From Octopus sinensis (lineage: Eukaryota), in assembly GCF_006345805.1 (NCBI RefSeq), contig NC_043008.1, positions 65,162,001 to 65,226,000 of the forward strand: a DNA stretch of 64,000 nt, in the 5' to 3' direction. Positions 51,362 to 64,000 of the stretch are shown here, in pieces. Every line of letters starts with the position of its first letter. Position 1 is the stretch's first letter. The notes beneath the pieces were generated by a model. It had not been told where the DNA came from, searched no databases, and saw only the letters and a program-made list of their open reading frames with translations. Made by a program: the position numbers and the translations under genes.

Positions 51362-51780
51362 AAAATTTTTGTTTTTGTTAAATTATATATATTCCTATTA
51401 TGCATCCCTCCATTAGCATCAAGGTTTACTGTCATGTGCAACCGTTCCCGTAGTAGATCAAGTCTTCCCCATATATGAGGAAATATTATTACTTTGAGGA
51501 CTGTAAATTCTAATCTGAGGGCGGATAATGGCAGAGTTGTTTTAGCATGGATACAATAACTAAGGAATTACTTCAAATACTTCTACTCTTAGTTCAGATA
51601 CAACAACTCAAAACTTTAAAATTTGAATTCCTCTATCCAATCGAATTAATTCTAAGATTTCACATCTGAATAAACGTTTGCCGATGCAAATGTGCACCAG
51701 TTTATTTGCATTACGATTATTACTTTACAGAGTTTTCATGCATTAACATATATAACAGTGATAGAACGCATTACGCTGCT

Positions 51781-51968
51781 CAATACACCTTTTTTCTTAA
51801 CACATAAATTTTCTTAACACACCTCTTTTCTTAACATATCACTTTCCTTAATACACCTCTAATCATAACAAATCTATCTTTCTTTTCTTAATAAATCTTA
51901 ATTATCTTCCTAACACGTCATTTACTTAGCGCACTTGTTCTTTTTAACACATTTCTATTCTTAACAAG
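51781..51968. repeat. Degenerate minisatellite, core TTTTCTTAACAC, ~17-20 bp period
   Basis: About 10 variant units are visible. Confidence 0.7.
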
Positions 51969-53865
51969 CAGAAAATAAAGTAATTTACGGATATAAATTG
52001 TTGTACAAGAGATTCTTGTACATTATTTTACTAACAAGATATGCTATCATTATCTGCTAAGCAATTAACCAGCTTGACCGTAAAACTGTTTAAATATTTA
52101 GAACATTACTAATGCGTCCATATCTGCAAAGCTTTGCATTGGTCTTGGTATGAAAAATGTAGTTTGTGAAATATTAACAACTCAGCAAACGATTCGTTAT
52201 GCTGTATTACGAAATAGAATTAAAAGAAATTAACACAAAAGGTTAAACAAACAAATAGAAGGAATTAAAGTAATTCTTGAGTCTAACGTAAGAGAAACTT
52301 TTAAACGGATATTTGACGTGATGATTGTTGACAGAAAAAAGACGAAGATCATTGACATTAGTAAACTGCCTCTAACAACAAAAGTAATTTTAGTGATAGA
52401 TTTATGATGTTGTAATCTAACAACGAGACAGAAAACCAGAGAATGCTAAGCATTAATATATCTGCCTGCGTTAGTAGCTGAGACAAATAAATACATATGA
52501 ATATGTATATAAATATATACCATAGGCATAGATATATATATTTATATACATACACATATATCTATGACGCATTATAGAGACGATATAAAGAACACAAATA
52601 TATGAAGACATATATTTGAATACGCCTATATATATATGTATATATATATATAATATATATATATATATATGTATGCATGTGCATGGAGATTATGTGCACG
52701 TACAGACAAATGTGTGTATAAGCGAGTGTGTTACGTATATATATTTGCATGGATGCAAAGTGTCACTTTTGTAGTCAAGACGGTTGTACAGAATAACTAC
52801 ATACAGATATACACACCCAAATACACACCCGCACACACATTCAGGTGTATGAAAATATTCAGAGATATATATGCATGCATATACATATATATATACACGT
52901 ATATATAAAATGAATATACATATAACTCTCTCTCTCTCTCCCTCGTTTTCTGTATGTATTTATATATATATATGTGTGTGTGTGTATGTGTGTGTGTGTG
53001 TATGTGTGTGTATGCATGTTTGCATGTATAAATATCTGCGTACATAAATGCATACATGGATACTTACAATACATAAAACATATTCATGTATATTCGCTCT
53101 CACACACACATACACAAGCACACACACACACATATGTATATATATATATTATATCATATCATATCGTCTACATTATACATATTTACATTCACCTCCAATT
53201 CCTGTTCGGCTCTACGTTTATATAACCTGACATAATGTCTGCCTGCCGTCAGAACTTTGATACGAAGGTAATATAGTATAACGAGATCATCACTCTTGTG
53301 CTGAATGTTATTTATACGACAAAGAAGAAGAATGAAACAATACAAAAGCTAAAAGTTTTAGTTTTTAGCCACCAACAACAAGTCATTAGTTACGTAAGCT
53401 CCATAGCAAGAATTGGCTTCTTTTTCGTTTTAAAGTATTGCATTAATAAAATGACATTCTAGGCTGAACATTCACTGAAGCATGTCAGACATGGGAACAC
53501 ATAAATATTAGGAGATTTGCTCATTTAGATTTTATCACAAATTATTATACTCATATTTTGTGAGATTCTTTTGTTTTTATATCATTTTATATAATGTTTA
53601 CCTATCTATAGATCTTTTGTTTTTTTTGCAGTTCCTAATATTGTGTGTCGTGACTTGTTTTCCATTATAGCTTTCCTGCGTGTTTTGGATTATTGTTCTT
53701 ATTATTATTGTTGTATTTGTCTTTTGCGATGTACGGTTGCTACATTCTAATTGTTCCGTTCATGTATACATGCAGTTAGGTATCAATATACCTACTTCTT
53801 AATATGTGTTAATATGTGTATGGTATGTGTGAGTGTATATATATATATAATATATATATATATAT

Positions 53866-53896
<31 letters not shown>

Positions 53897-54588
53897 TATA
53901 GATAGATAGATACATAGAATTGCATACATATACATATGTTGTATTTACGTATATATATTTATATACCTATCAGTGCGTATACATGTACATATGCGTATAT
54001 GTGTATATATATGCATATATATATATATATATATATAACTTTGTATAGATATATAGATATATATATACACACACTGTGTTTTGTTTACCTGCATTCCTAC
54101 ATTCCTACTGTATGTATCAATATGTGTGTGCGTGTCTATAAATGCATGAGTATATATATATGTATGTGTGTGTGTGTGTAGTTATACATACCTATATCAC
54201 AATATACGTATACATATCCATATGTCATAAAATACATACATCATATATGCCTACACATATAAGTATATATATATAACCATTTCCTGAGCATAGCATCAGT
54301 GTTATAAGAAACGACAAGAACAAGTGCAATTTGAATAAGAACACCATCAGTAAGGAAGCAACCAATGTCAGAAGAAGACAGACATAATAACCACTCTTGA
54401 GATGCTTTAAATCATCATTTTTAAACTAAAATGATGCGAGGCAATGTCTGAAGCAGTCAGGCATATCTATATAAATAGAAAATTAAATTAATTACGTGTT
54501 ACTCTCAGTAGCAAAGTAAGTCAGACATAATTTTCTCAATTTGTCAACATTCCTCTTCTTGTGTTTGTGTGTGCTTTATGCGTCTGGT

Positions 54589-54659
<71 letters not shown>

Positions 54660-54744
54660 TTGTATGCTTCCATATAAAACTTAACTCTTTTATATGTTTC
54701 ACTTCTGTGCGAACTTGAACAGAAAATATTTTTACGATACGGTA

Positions 54745-55064
54745 ATCCGTCGGTTTCGACGACGAGAGTTCCAGTTGATCCGATCAACGGAACAGCCTGC
54801 TCGTGAAATTAACATGTACGTGGCTGAGAACTCCACAGACATGCGTACCCTTAACATAGTTCTCAGGGAAATTCAGCGTGACACGCAATGTGACAATGCT
54901 GGCCCTTTTAAATACAGGTACTGCTCATGTGTGCGAGCTGAGTGAACTGGAGCAACGTGAAATAAATTGTTTTGCTCAAGGACACAACGCGTCTCCGGGA
55001 ATTGAACTCACGACCTTATAATTGTGAGTCGAAAACCCTAACCACTAAGCCACGTGCCTTCACA
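54745..55064 (-). mobile_element. tRNA-derived SINE family D
   Basis: Minus strand: TGTGAAGGCACGTGGCTTAGTGGTTAGGG..GAGTTCAATTCCCGG..GCGTTGTGTCCTTGAGCAAAACAATTTATTTCACGTTGCTCCAG. Confidence 0.8.
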
Positions 55065-56143
55065 GGCATACATGCATACATACATACATACATACATACA
55101 TACATACATACATACATACATAAATACATACATTTGGCAGAGTTCGACATATCCATGTTTCTAAGTGTCGCTTTTCTGGTTAAATTATTAAGAATATGAT
55201 ATTTTCAAATCTGACAATTTAATTAAAAATATATTATGGCATGAAAATTTTAGGGTGTCGTATATTTTCGATCAATTTCTTATTTTCATCAAATTTTAAT
55301 CAAATAGTTTTTGTGAACTATGATAAAAACAAAGACTGAATTTCCCAATGATGTTAACTTTTTTGAGTTTTCATTTGAAGACTGTGTTCATAATCTAAAA
55401 TATCAATTTTCCTAAGTTTTATACATTTGATTTATGGAGAAAGTAGTTGTTATTTCTAGCATATCACCGTGACACTCACAGGCACTTTATTGTTTCATAG
55501 TCTGTATTGAATTCTCTCTTTTAAATATTTGTCTCTTTGAAACACAAGAAAATTACGATGTGTCATCGCATGTAGCAAATACGATTAAATTTCCACATTG
55601 CCAATAATAATTACGCAACGTGAGGATAATAACAGCAACAATAACAACACCAATACTAAAGCCATTAATTAGGGAACATCGACCAATTAACACTACAATA
55701 ATTATCAATGGCTTCCGGTAATTAAATCTCCTGTACTTCTGCGTTTGTGATGCACTCAGTGTCTAATATCCTTCTCCCAAATATAAGATGCAGTTGTAAT
55801 AATTGTATCCAAGCCAGCAATGAATCCCTCATGATACCAGCCAATATTACTCCAATGCAATCATTGTACCAGCGTTTCTGAATAGGTCTTGTGACATTAA
55901 TTATAAGAACATTAGTACTCAACTGTAATAAACAATTACTAAATTAATTTCATTTAATAAGGTAAAAATGTCTATATATGCTATTCGTTCGTGGAGCAAG
56001 AACCTGGGTCATTCCCAAGAGAATTATGATTATAACTGATGTGTAAAATAAGTCGACTACAAACATTAGGAACAGACTTGCTTCTCGAGGTAATATGGTC
56101 ATTCAAAAGTAATTATACTCTATGATCTCCATCACATGCAAGA

Positions 56144-56399
56144 GAGTGTGACCTAGTAGCATGGGCCATATGTTTTCTCCTTGTTCTAGATACCTATCCA
56201 TTCCTGAGAAGACATGAATCCTTGGCGATGAAGAACTGTATGAACAGATATGCTTATCGAAATAATACCGTCATTCGAAATTAATTATGCCGGACAGTTT
56301 CCACCACTCGCGAGCGAGTATGACATGGTACCATGGGTCATACTTATTCTCCTTGTTCTAGATACGTATCTATTCCCGAGAAGATATGGAACCTTGACG
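56144..56399. repeat. Two 84-bp diverged direct repeats (56144-56227, 56316-56399)
   Basis: Ungapped alignment with 15 mismatches in 84 by manual count; period 172 bp. Confidence 0.8.
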
Positions 56400-56661
56400 C
56401 TTAGATACACCGAGGAAAGGTATTCATTTACAGCTGGAGCAACGTGAAAAAAGCTCAGGCCTAAGGACAGAATGTGTACCCCAACCCCAGAATGAAACCG
56501 GAACATTGTGCATCCCATGTGCTTACGGCTTCAAAAAAGATAATAAAGTAATATTATCAAGATATATAACACACAATTAAAAACCATTCGCTGCTACATA
56601 CTGATAATTCCACGTCTAATACATATACAATTTTATACGACTATATACAACTACATACAAA

Positions 56662-56712
<51 letters not shown>

Positions 56713-56834
56713 AGTATGTGTGTGTGTGTGTATATATATGTGTGTGTGTGTGTGTATATATATAAATGTGTGTGTGTGTATATATATATATGTGTGTGTG
56801 TGTGTATATATACATATATATATATATATGTATG

Positions 56835-57966
56835 CTGGGAAAGACCTAGCATCATAGCATCATAATTTTGAAATATATATAAAAACCGTTGAAAGCTTGT
56901 TCATTTTTATGTTTTTTGATTTATTATTCCTGTTACTTAATATGGTTTTGAAAATTGTTGTTTCTTTTCAGATATCCTCAGAAAAAGGCAATTAAAATTC
57001 AATAAAATGACATATCTATCGGGCTTTCAAAGAGCTCAAATTCTTGGTGCTCGTATGGCAGGCACTAGCGTAACGAAAACACCCGAAATGTTTGATGTAT
57101 CAAGACATACTGTCCCGAAGGTGATGACAGCCTTTGATAAAGAGGGAAAAACTTACTGCAGACCACCTAGAGAACTGAGTTTCCATAAAGACTCTTCGCG
57201 GGAAGCTGCACAAAGCCGGATTTCACGGGTGGACTGCAATCAGAAAACAACTACTTTCAAAAACAAATGTTACAAAGCGTTTCGAGCGGAGTAAAACCCT
57301 GCAGAATTGGTCCCTAGAGAATTGGAAGAATGTTATTTTCTCGGACGTGTCATCCTTAACCTTATTTCCGACTACCGGCGGAGTATACATGTGGAGACAG
57401 CCAAAGGAATTATTTGACCCAGTCTGCCTTCTTCCAAGTGTTAAACATAGAGGAGGATCTGTGATGATCTGGTGGGGGGCCATATCTTGGAAATCCGTCG
57501 GCCCAATTATGTCCCTTCATGGCAGAATTAATAGTAAACACTATTTAAGCATTTTATCTCATCAAATTCATCCTATATTTGCGAAAATGTTTCCGGAAGG
57601 AAACACAATCTTTCAGGATGATAATGCACCAATTTACACGGCTAAAGTTACTACTGAATGGCACGAAAAACATTCTAGTGAAGTTTAACATTATATCTAG
57701 TCACCACAGTCCCCAGATCTCAATATTATCGAACATTTATGGCGTATTAAAAACAACAATTTCCTCCACTTTCATCACTACAAGAACTGGAGACTTTTTA
57801 AGATAAAGAATGGACAAAAGTTCCTTTGGAAACAATTCAAACTTTGTACGAGTCCATACCTCGTGAAATTCAAACAGTAATTATTGCCAAAGGCGGTCCT
57901 ACCCCATATCAAAGTAAACTTGTTTGAAATTTTAAGATGTTTCCATTATTTTGTCTAAAAACTGTA
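56835..57966 (+). mobile_element. Tc1-like DNA transposon, decayed
   Basis: GTSVTKTPEMFDVSRHTVPKVM (HTH), VIFSDVS (FSDES), SVKHRGGSVMIW.GAISW, IFQDDNAPIYT, SPDLNIIEHLW. The right end reads TATACAGTTTTAGACAAAATAATGGAAAC on the minus strand. The left TIR is mostly lost. Confidence 0.9.
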
Positions 57967-57987
57967 TATATATATATATATATATAT

Positions 57988-58138
57988 ACGACAGGCTTCT
58001 TTCAATTTCCACCTAGTAAATCCACTCAGAAGGCCTTGGTTTGCCTAGAAGACAATTGCCAAGAGTCACGCAGCGCGACTAAATCCGAAACCACGAGGTT
58101 GGGAAGCAAGCTTCTTACTACCAGCGCACTCCAGCGCC
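57988..58138 (-). mobile_element. SINE family A, 5' half, diverged
   Basis: ACGACAGGCTTCTTTCAATTTCC..AAATCCACTCA..CTTCTTACTACCAGCGCACTCC. Confidence 0.7.
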
Positions 58139-58142
58139 TATG

Positions 58143-58315
<173 letters not shown>

Positions 58316-58538
58316 GGAGGTGCAATGGCCCAGTGGTTAGGACAGCGGACTTGCGGTCGGAGGATCGCGGTTTCGATTCCCAGACCGGGCGTTGTGTGTG
58401 TTTATTGAGCAAAAACACCTAAAAGCTCCACGAGGCTCCGGCAGGGGATGGTGGTGATCCCTGCTGTACTCTTTCACCACTCTAAAGGCGGTGCTCCAGC
58501 ATGGCCGCAGTCAGATGACTGAAACAAGTACAAAAAAA
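58316..58538 (+). mobile_element. Chimeric SINE: family C head and body joined to the family A 3' tail
   Basis: 58316-58482 matches 13160-13444. From 58483, TAAAGGCGGTGCTCCAGCATGGCCGCAGTCAGATGACTGAAACAAGT matches the family A tail. Confidence 0.8.
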
Positions 58539-58585
<47 letters not shown>

Positions 58586-58603
58586 CACACACACGCACGC
58601 ATG

Positions 58604-58634
<31 letters not shown>

Positions 58635-59219
58635 CTGCCTTTGTATATGTGTGCATGTTATAAATGTATATACACTGATATCAAATTATCTATAATAATA
58701 GCGAAGTGTCAACTGATTACCCTCTCGTATTACTTATCAAAATAAATGCAGAATCCTTTTAATTGTAAATGAACTATGAACACACAAAATATAAATCACC
58801 AGTGTATAATTCGTCATATTCATATACCTGAATTACATGAAGATACTTTAAATTGGTAGCTCGCATGATGTTGATTCTGATAAATTATTTCTAAGCTACA
58901 ATTTACTGGAAGACGTAGTGTACATATCACTATTGGAACATTAAGTGGAGCAGCTGGAATGCATTTTGAAGTTTTGCGATGTTCATTAGCTTAAAGATTA
59001 GTATTGACAATGTAGTGCAGATGGCTCTGCAGTTCAAGCAAAGCTATTTAATTTAGTAGCATATCTGTGTTGGGATAGAATTCCTCACACTTGAAAGCAA
59101 AACCAAAAAAAAAAAAAAAAATTGGTGTTTGGTAAAATAACGCTACAGTGCTAAGACATAGCGGCATGCTAATTATGGGGAAAGATTTCTAAGAGCAGAT
59201 AAGGTAAAACGAACTATGC

Positions 59220-59243
59220 AAGCATTCACACACATACACACAC

Positions 59244-59299
<56 letters not shown>

Positions 59300-59415
59300 T
59301 AGTGCGCAAAGGTACGCACAAACTTATATGTATGTCGGTTTGTATAGATAAGCATATATACATATACATGCACACATATACACGGATATATATCGGTATA
59401 TGCATACACGCAGGC

Positions 59416-59447
<32 letters not shown>

Positions 59448-59576
59448 GTATATATATCAACATAAATATTTACATAAATTCACATGCGAATAAATATATG
59501 TATGCGGATGTGAGCCCGTGAGTGTATATTATATACATATATATATATATACACACACACACACATGTATATATAT

Positions 59577-59627
<51 letters not shown>

Positions 59628-59671
59628 TACATATGCATTTATGTGCGTGTATTGTATATATATACACGCGC

Positions 59672-59709
<38 letters not shown>

Positions 59710-59770
59710 TACACATACATATACACATATATTTATATACATATGTATTTATGTTGTTATATATGTATGT
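59220..59770. repeat. Compound (CA)n/(TA)n microsatellite field
   Basis: Directly visible. Similar fields lie at 6196-6330, 33575-33690, 45960-46130, 58140-58313 and 61125-61390. Confidence 0.9.
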
Positions 59771-60253
59771 GCATGTTTTGTATTCGACAGTGGGACTAAG
59801 TACAGATAATACACACATATACTCACGCACACATTCATCATACATTTGGTTCATTATCAAGTGAACCGAACTGTCATATGAAATTAGGTTGATATATAAA
59901 TTCAAAATTAATTTACTGACGGTTGCTACTCAACATATTTCTCTATCTCCGCATTGGCAATGGTGCAGGAGTTATATATTAGCTTTCGGGTATGAACCCA
60001 CATACAAACACTAAGCATAAAAACGCACACACAAACAGTATATTGTATCTATTACACACACACAGAGTATATGTGTGAATGTGTGTATATAATGTATTTC
60101 CACTGTCCGCTGCAATTTCGCTCAAAACGTGCTAGTACTAGATCGACACATATAGGTTGCACGTAGTAGAACATGATATGTGTGTACGCAGGTCTTAGAA
60201 ACCTTTGTCGCTATAACCATAAAAGCATACACACACACACACACCACACACAA

Positions 60254-60313
<60 letters not shown>

Positions 60314-60344
60314 GTATATATATATATATGTATGTATGTATATA

Positions 60345-60583
60345 AATTATAATTTAGTTTATCTAAGAGATACCTCCACGCTGGAAAGAACAGCCAAAAC
60401 TTAACTCTAAAATCACATTAAATGTTTATACAGTACCAGGAGAGAAGAGAAAACTATAAAATATACTAGCAAAACAATGACTTCTCTACTGGTGCTGTAT
60501 GAACATTTAATGTGGTTTTAGAGTCAAATTTTGGCTGCTGTTTCCAGCGTGGAGGTATCTCTTAGATACCCTAAATTATAATT
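60345..60583. mobile_element. Foldback/MITE-like element, 103-bp inverted arms with a 33-bp spacer
   Basis: Arms 60345-60447 and 60481-60583 align without gaps, with 10 mismatches by manual count. The left end abuts a TA-rich microsatellite. Confidence 0.85.
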
Positions 60584-60696
60584 TTAATAATAATTATTAT
60601 CTTTGAAGGTTTTTATTCTCATACAGACCACTTGATATGATCGATATTTAAATTAACGATTTTATATATATCTAAACATTCTTTATTCTTCTATCG

Positions 60697-60927
60697 TTTT
60701 ACTTGTTTCACTCGTTTGACCGTGGTCATGCTGGAGTACCGCATTTGGTCGAACAAATCGACCCCAGGATAAATTCTTTGTAAGCCTAGTACTTATTCTA
60801 TCGGTTCTTTTGACGAACCGCAAGGTTTGGGGACGTAAACATACTAGCATCGACCGTCACGTGATGGAGGGGTTACTAACACAGAGACACACACAGACAT
60901 ACACACACACACACACACACGGAGACA

Positions 60928-60961
<34 letters not shown>

Positions 60962-61123
60962 ATGGGTTTCTTTCACTTTCCCTCTACCAAATCGTCTCAA
61001 AGGGTTTAAGCTCACCCGACGCTACAGTAGAAGCACTTGCCCAAGGTGCCATGGAGTGGGACTGAACCCGGAACCATGTGATTGGGAAGCACACTTCTTA
61101 CCACACAGCTATGTTGGCTGCGC
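60697..61123 (-). mobile_element. SINE family A, diverged full-length copy
   Basis: Reverse complement is colinear with 6335-6740. Confidence 0.82.
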
Positions 61124-61139
61124 ATACATATACATATAT

Positions 61140-61211
<72 letters not shown>

Positions 61212-61344
61212 TATATATATATATACACACATATATATATATACACGCACATATATATATATATATCTTTATATATGTGTATGGATATATATATATACAT
61301 ATATATATGTATGTATGTATATATATGTATATATATATTATATA

Positions 61345-61391
<47 letters not shown>

Positions 61392-63599
61392 CTTTTATTT
61401 TTACCCTTTAGAAAGCTAGTATGCCTGGGCACTGCCTTGAGGAACTTAATCGACAGAATCCACTCTAGAGGACTATTTTTTTCTTAAGTCTTGTAAGTAT
61501 TCAATTGATATAGTATTCTGTCGTATATTTAATTTATGTCTTGCTTGCATTTTCTGAGACATTTTATATCTTACTCTCGTATATGTTATAAGATAAAGTA
61601 TTTCGTTACATGCGATCTTAACGGAGGTCCCTTGTTGATAATAATTTAGGATTTCTTTAATCATTAATTTTATAATCATTACTGGTTTCGATATTCTCTA
61701 CTTATACACTTATATAATGTATTACATATATAGACGAGGTATCTGTTTTTGTGTTTTGATTCGAAATCATTATCAGTCAGTTGCCTACTATCAATATGAT
61801 TTATCAGTATGACAAGTTAAAGAGGATTTTTAATGTGGATACACTTCATGTTAGGAATAGGGAGCAAATCTCCTTTCCATCGTACTTCAGCGTCCCAGAA
61901 CATAGTACAGTGGGAAATACAGTTATGGTTCCTTCTATCCGACGAACACGGTTAGGACGGTTTTAATCATGCAGCACGGATTTTTGTCAGTGAACAGGTC
62001 GCGGATTTTAGCGACGAAAATATTTTGACAAATTAAACTTAAATGTTGAATTGAATCGAACGGCTTTTGTGTGTTTCTTAAATGGCTTATAAACACCTTC
62101 CACGCTGCGATTGTAATCATTTATCCGCATTATGAAAACTAATCAAGGGATAAAGAAATAACAGCAGCCAAGATATTCAAGCACAAACAACTACGTATTG
62201 CTTCAGTCCTCTCGTTGGGAAGAAAATAAAAAAGTGTTGTTTGGCAAATTAGAATCGTATTTGAAACAGAAATAGCTAACTATTGTTAGAAATCGAAACT
62301 AGAATAGGTACGGTAAAGATGAGGTTACGTCTAACCCAAAAATATCGCTGACCTGGAAAATATAGGAAAGACATTGATATCAGATTATTGTTTAAGGAGT
62401 CACAGGGCTATAATATACATATAAAAAAACCTGAGACGTAGAAATACACTGGATTTACCTATTCTGCTACAAACGAAAAAGTAAAAGAATAATACATGCA
62501 ACACACGTAACGAACAATTACACTACTCCACCTATCAAACGAACACACAGCCTGGCAAAAAACTACAGGTTGATGTCGAAGCGATAGCTGAATCTCCAAA
62601 GTCGTTTACGGCTATTTCCTTGTGAACGTTTTGTGTGTGTGTGTGTATGCATATATGTATGCAAACATACAGAGAGTGAATTCTGTATCATGTGTGTGTG
62701 TATGTGTGTGTGTGTGCGTGTACGCGTGTAGATGAGTAAAAGTTTGAATGTATAGCCTACAATATTGGTAATAAATGAAAATGAAAATATTCCATACTGT
62801 AAATAGTGTGGTGCCAAAGTATGTTCACTAAGTATATAGTTTCGGATTTTGTGGTACAGAGACCTATATAGTCGATTCCCGAAGAGAAACTTGAGTAATT
62901 TTAAATTTCAGTTTCGAATTAAAAGAAACTTCATTTCCACATATACTTACCTGGGCCGGTAGAGTATGAACGCCGTACTGAGAAGGAATACATCTGAAAC
63001 TGTAAACAAATTAGGAAGCCGTCTACCATTTCTGCTGAATAGCAACACACGACATAAAAAAAAATAGATAAATAGTATTAATGACAGGCGAATAATGAAA
63101 ATAAAGATTCACAAAAACTGTAGGAATATAAGAATATAAGAATATAAGAATAAGAATATAAAAACAACAACAATGAATGCTTCCCGGAAGAGAAGTGATA
63201 TTGATAAACGTGATTATTTCATAGTTTCTAAGAGAAAGTTAATTTCCGGTGATAGTTAGATTTATTTGTCAGTTCCTTTAACTTCTTTTCATGTGCAAGG
63301 TCCCAATATCCCTATACCGGCACGTTTATATTTAAGTAGGGGAGAGATTGATGTCACGCGAAAAAATAAAAACATAGGAACATATACATAATGGAACGCT
63401 GACATTGATTTATTTAAGGCGATGGTAGGGACGGAAGTCGTTCTATGTGAAAAGTAGATAACAAAAGTACCAACAATAGTTTTGATAGTCATTGTAATAG
63501 AAGGAAAAGTAGGAAGGACAAGATAAGGTGGTGTAGTAACTCTTATCGTTGTGGTAGCATTGCTTTCATAATCATTACTATTTTTATTCCTCTTGTTTC

Positions 63600-64000
63600 T
63601 TATTTCTTTACTGCTGCCCACAAGGGGCTACACACAGAGGGGACAAACAAGGACAGACAAACGGAGTAAGTCGATTATATCGACCCCAGTGCGTACTTAG
63701 TACTTATTTAATCGACCCCGAAAGGATGAATGGCAAAGTCGACCTCGGCGGAATTTGAACTCAGAACGTAACGGTAGACGAAATACCTATTTCTTTACTA
63801 CCCACAAGGGGCTAAACACAGAGAGGACAAACAAGGACAGACAACAGATTAAGTCGATTATATCGACCCCAGTGTGTAACTGGTACTTATTTAATCGACC
63901 CCGAAAGGATGAATGGCAAAGTCGACTTCGACGGAATTTGAACTCAGAACGTAACGACAGACGAAATACAGCTACGCATTTCGCCCGGCGTGCTAACGTT
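63600..64000 (-). mobile_element. SINE family B with two tandem 183-bp body units (runs off the window end)
   Basis: AAAGGATGAATGGCAAAGTCGAC at 63721 and 63904. Confidence 0.9.

Noticed and set aside
55722-55922. 66-aa minus-strand ORF faintly resembling an RTE C-terminus (RRILDTECITNAEV)
   Set aside because: The similarity is too short and the motif order is unconvincing.
62978-63004. CTGAGAAGGA-ATACA-TCTGAAACTGTA, hammerhead-like
   Set aside because: G8 is missing and stem I does not pair. Too degenerate.

Overview
This is an AT-rich eukaryotic non-genic (intergenic or intronic) window, very dense in microsatellites. The SINE families and the (TA)n/(AGAT)n/(AAT)n load match my recollection of octopus (coleoid cephalopod) DNA; that host call is inference. 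I found no credible host exon, tRNA or rRNA gene, or CRISPR array, and most ORFs in the supplied track are translated microsatellites. The window holds two 5'-truncated CR1-group LINEs (16.6-18.8 kb, 31.3-33.1 kb), an internally deleted Penelope-like element (PLE; RT plus GIY-YIG, 37.9-39.2 kb) and older PLE debris. It also holds two mariner fragments, one Tc1 copy, a probable LINE ORF1, and about 30 copies or fragments of five tRNA-derived SINE types. Three observations stand out. (1) Five to six type I hammerhead-ribozyme motifs sit in mutually dissimilar PLE-terminal-repeat-like segments; the best is at 22836-22904 (minus strand, GUC site), and most end at simple repeats. (2) The LINE at 31-33 kb and SINE family A share a 3' tail whose stem-loop is kept by compensatory base changes. 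(3) Three foldback/MITE-like palindromes occur, two of them beside (TA)n tracts. Many ORF breaks and differences between duplicated copies are 1-nt indels, several in homopolymer runs, so long-read assembly error is a real caveat.
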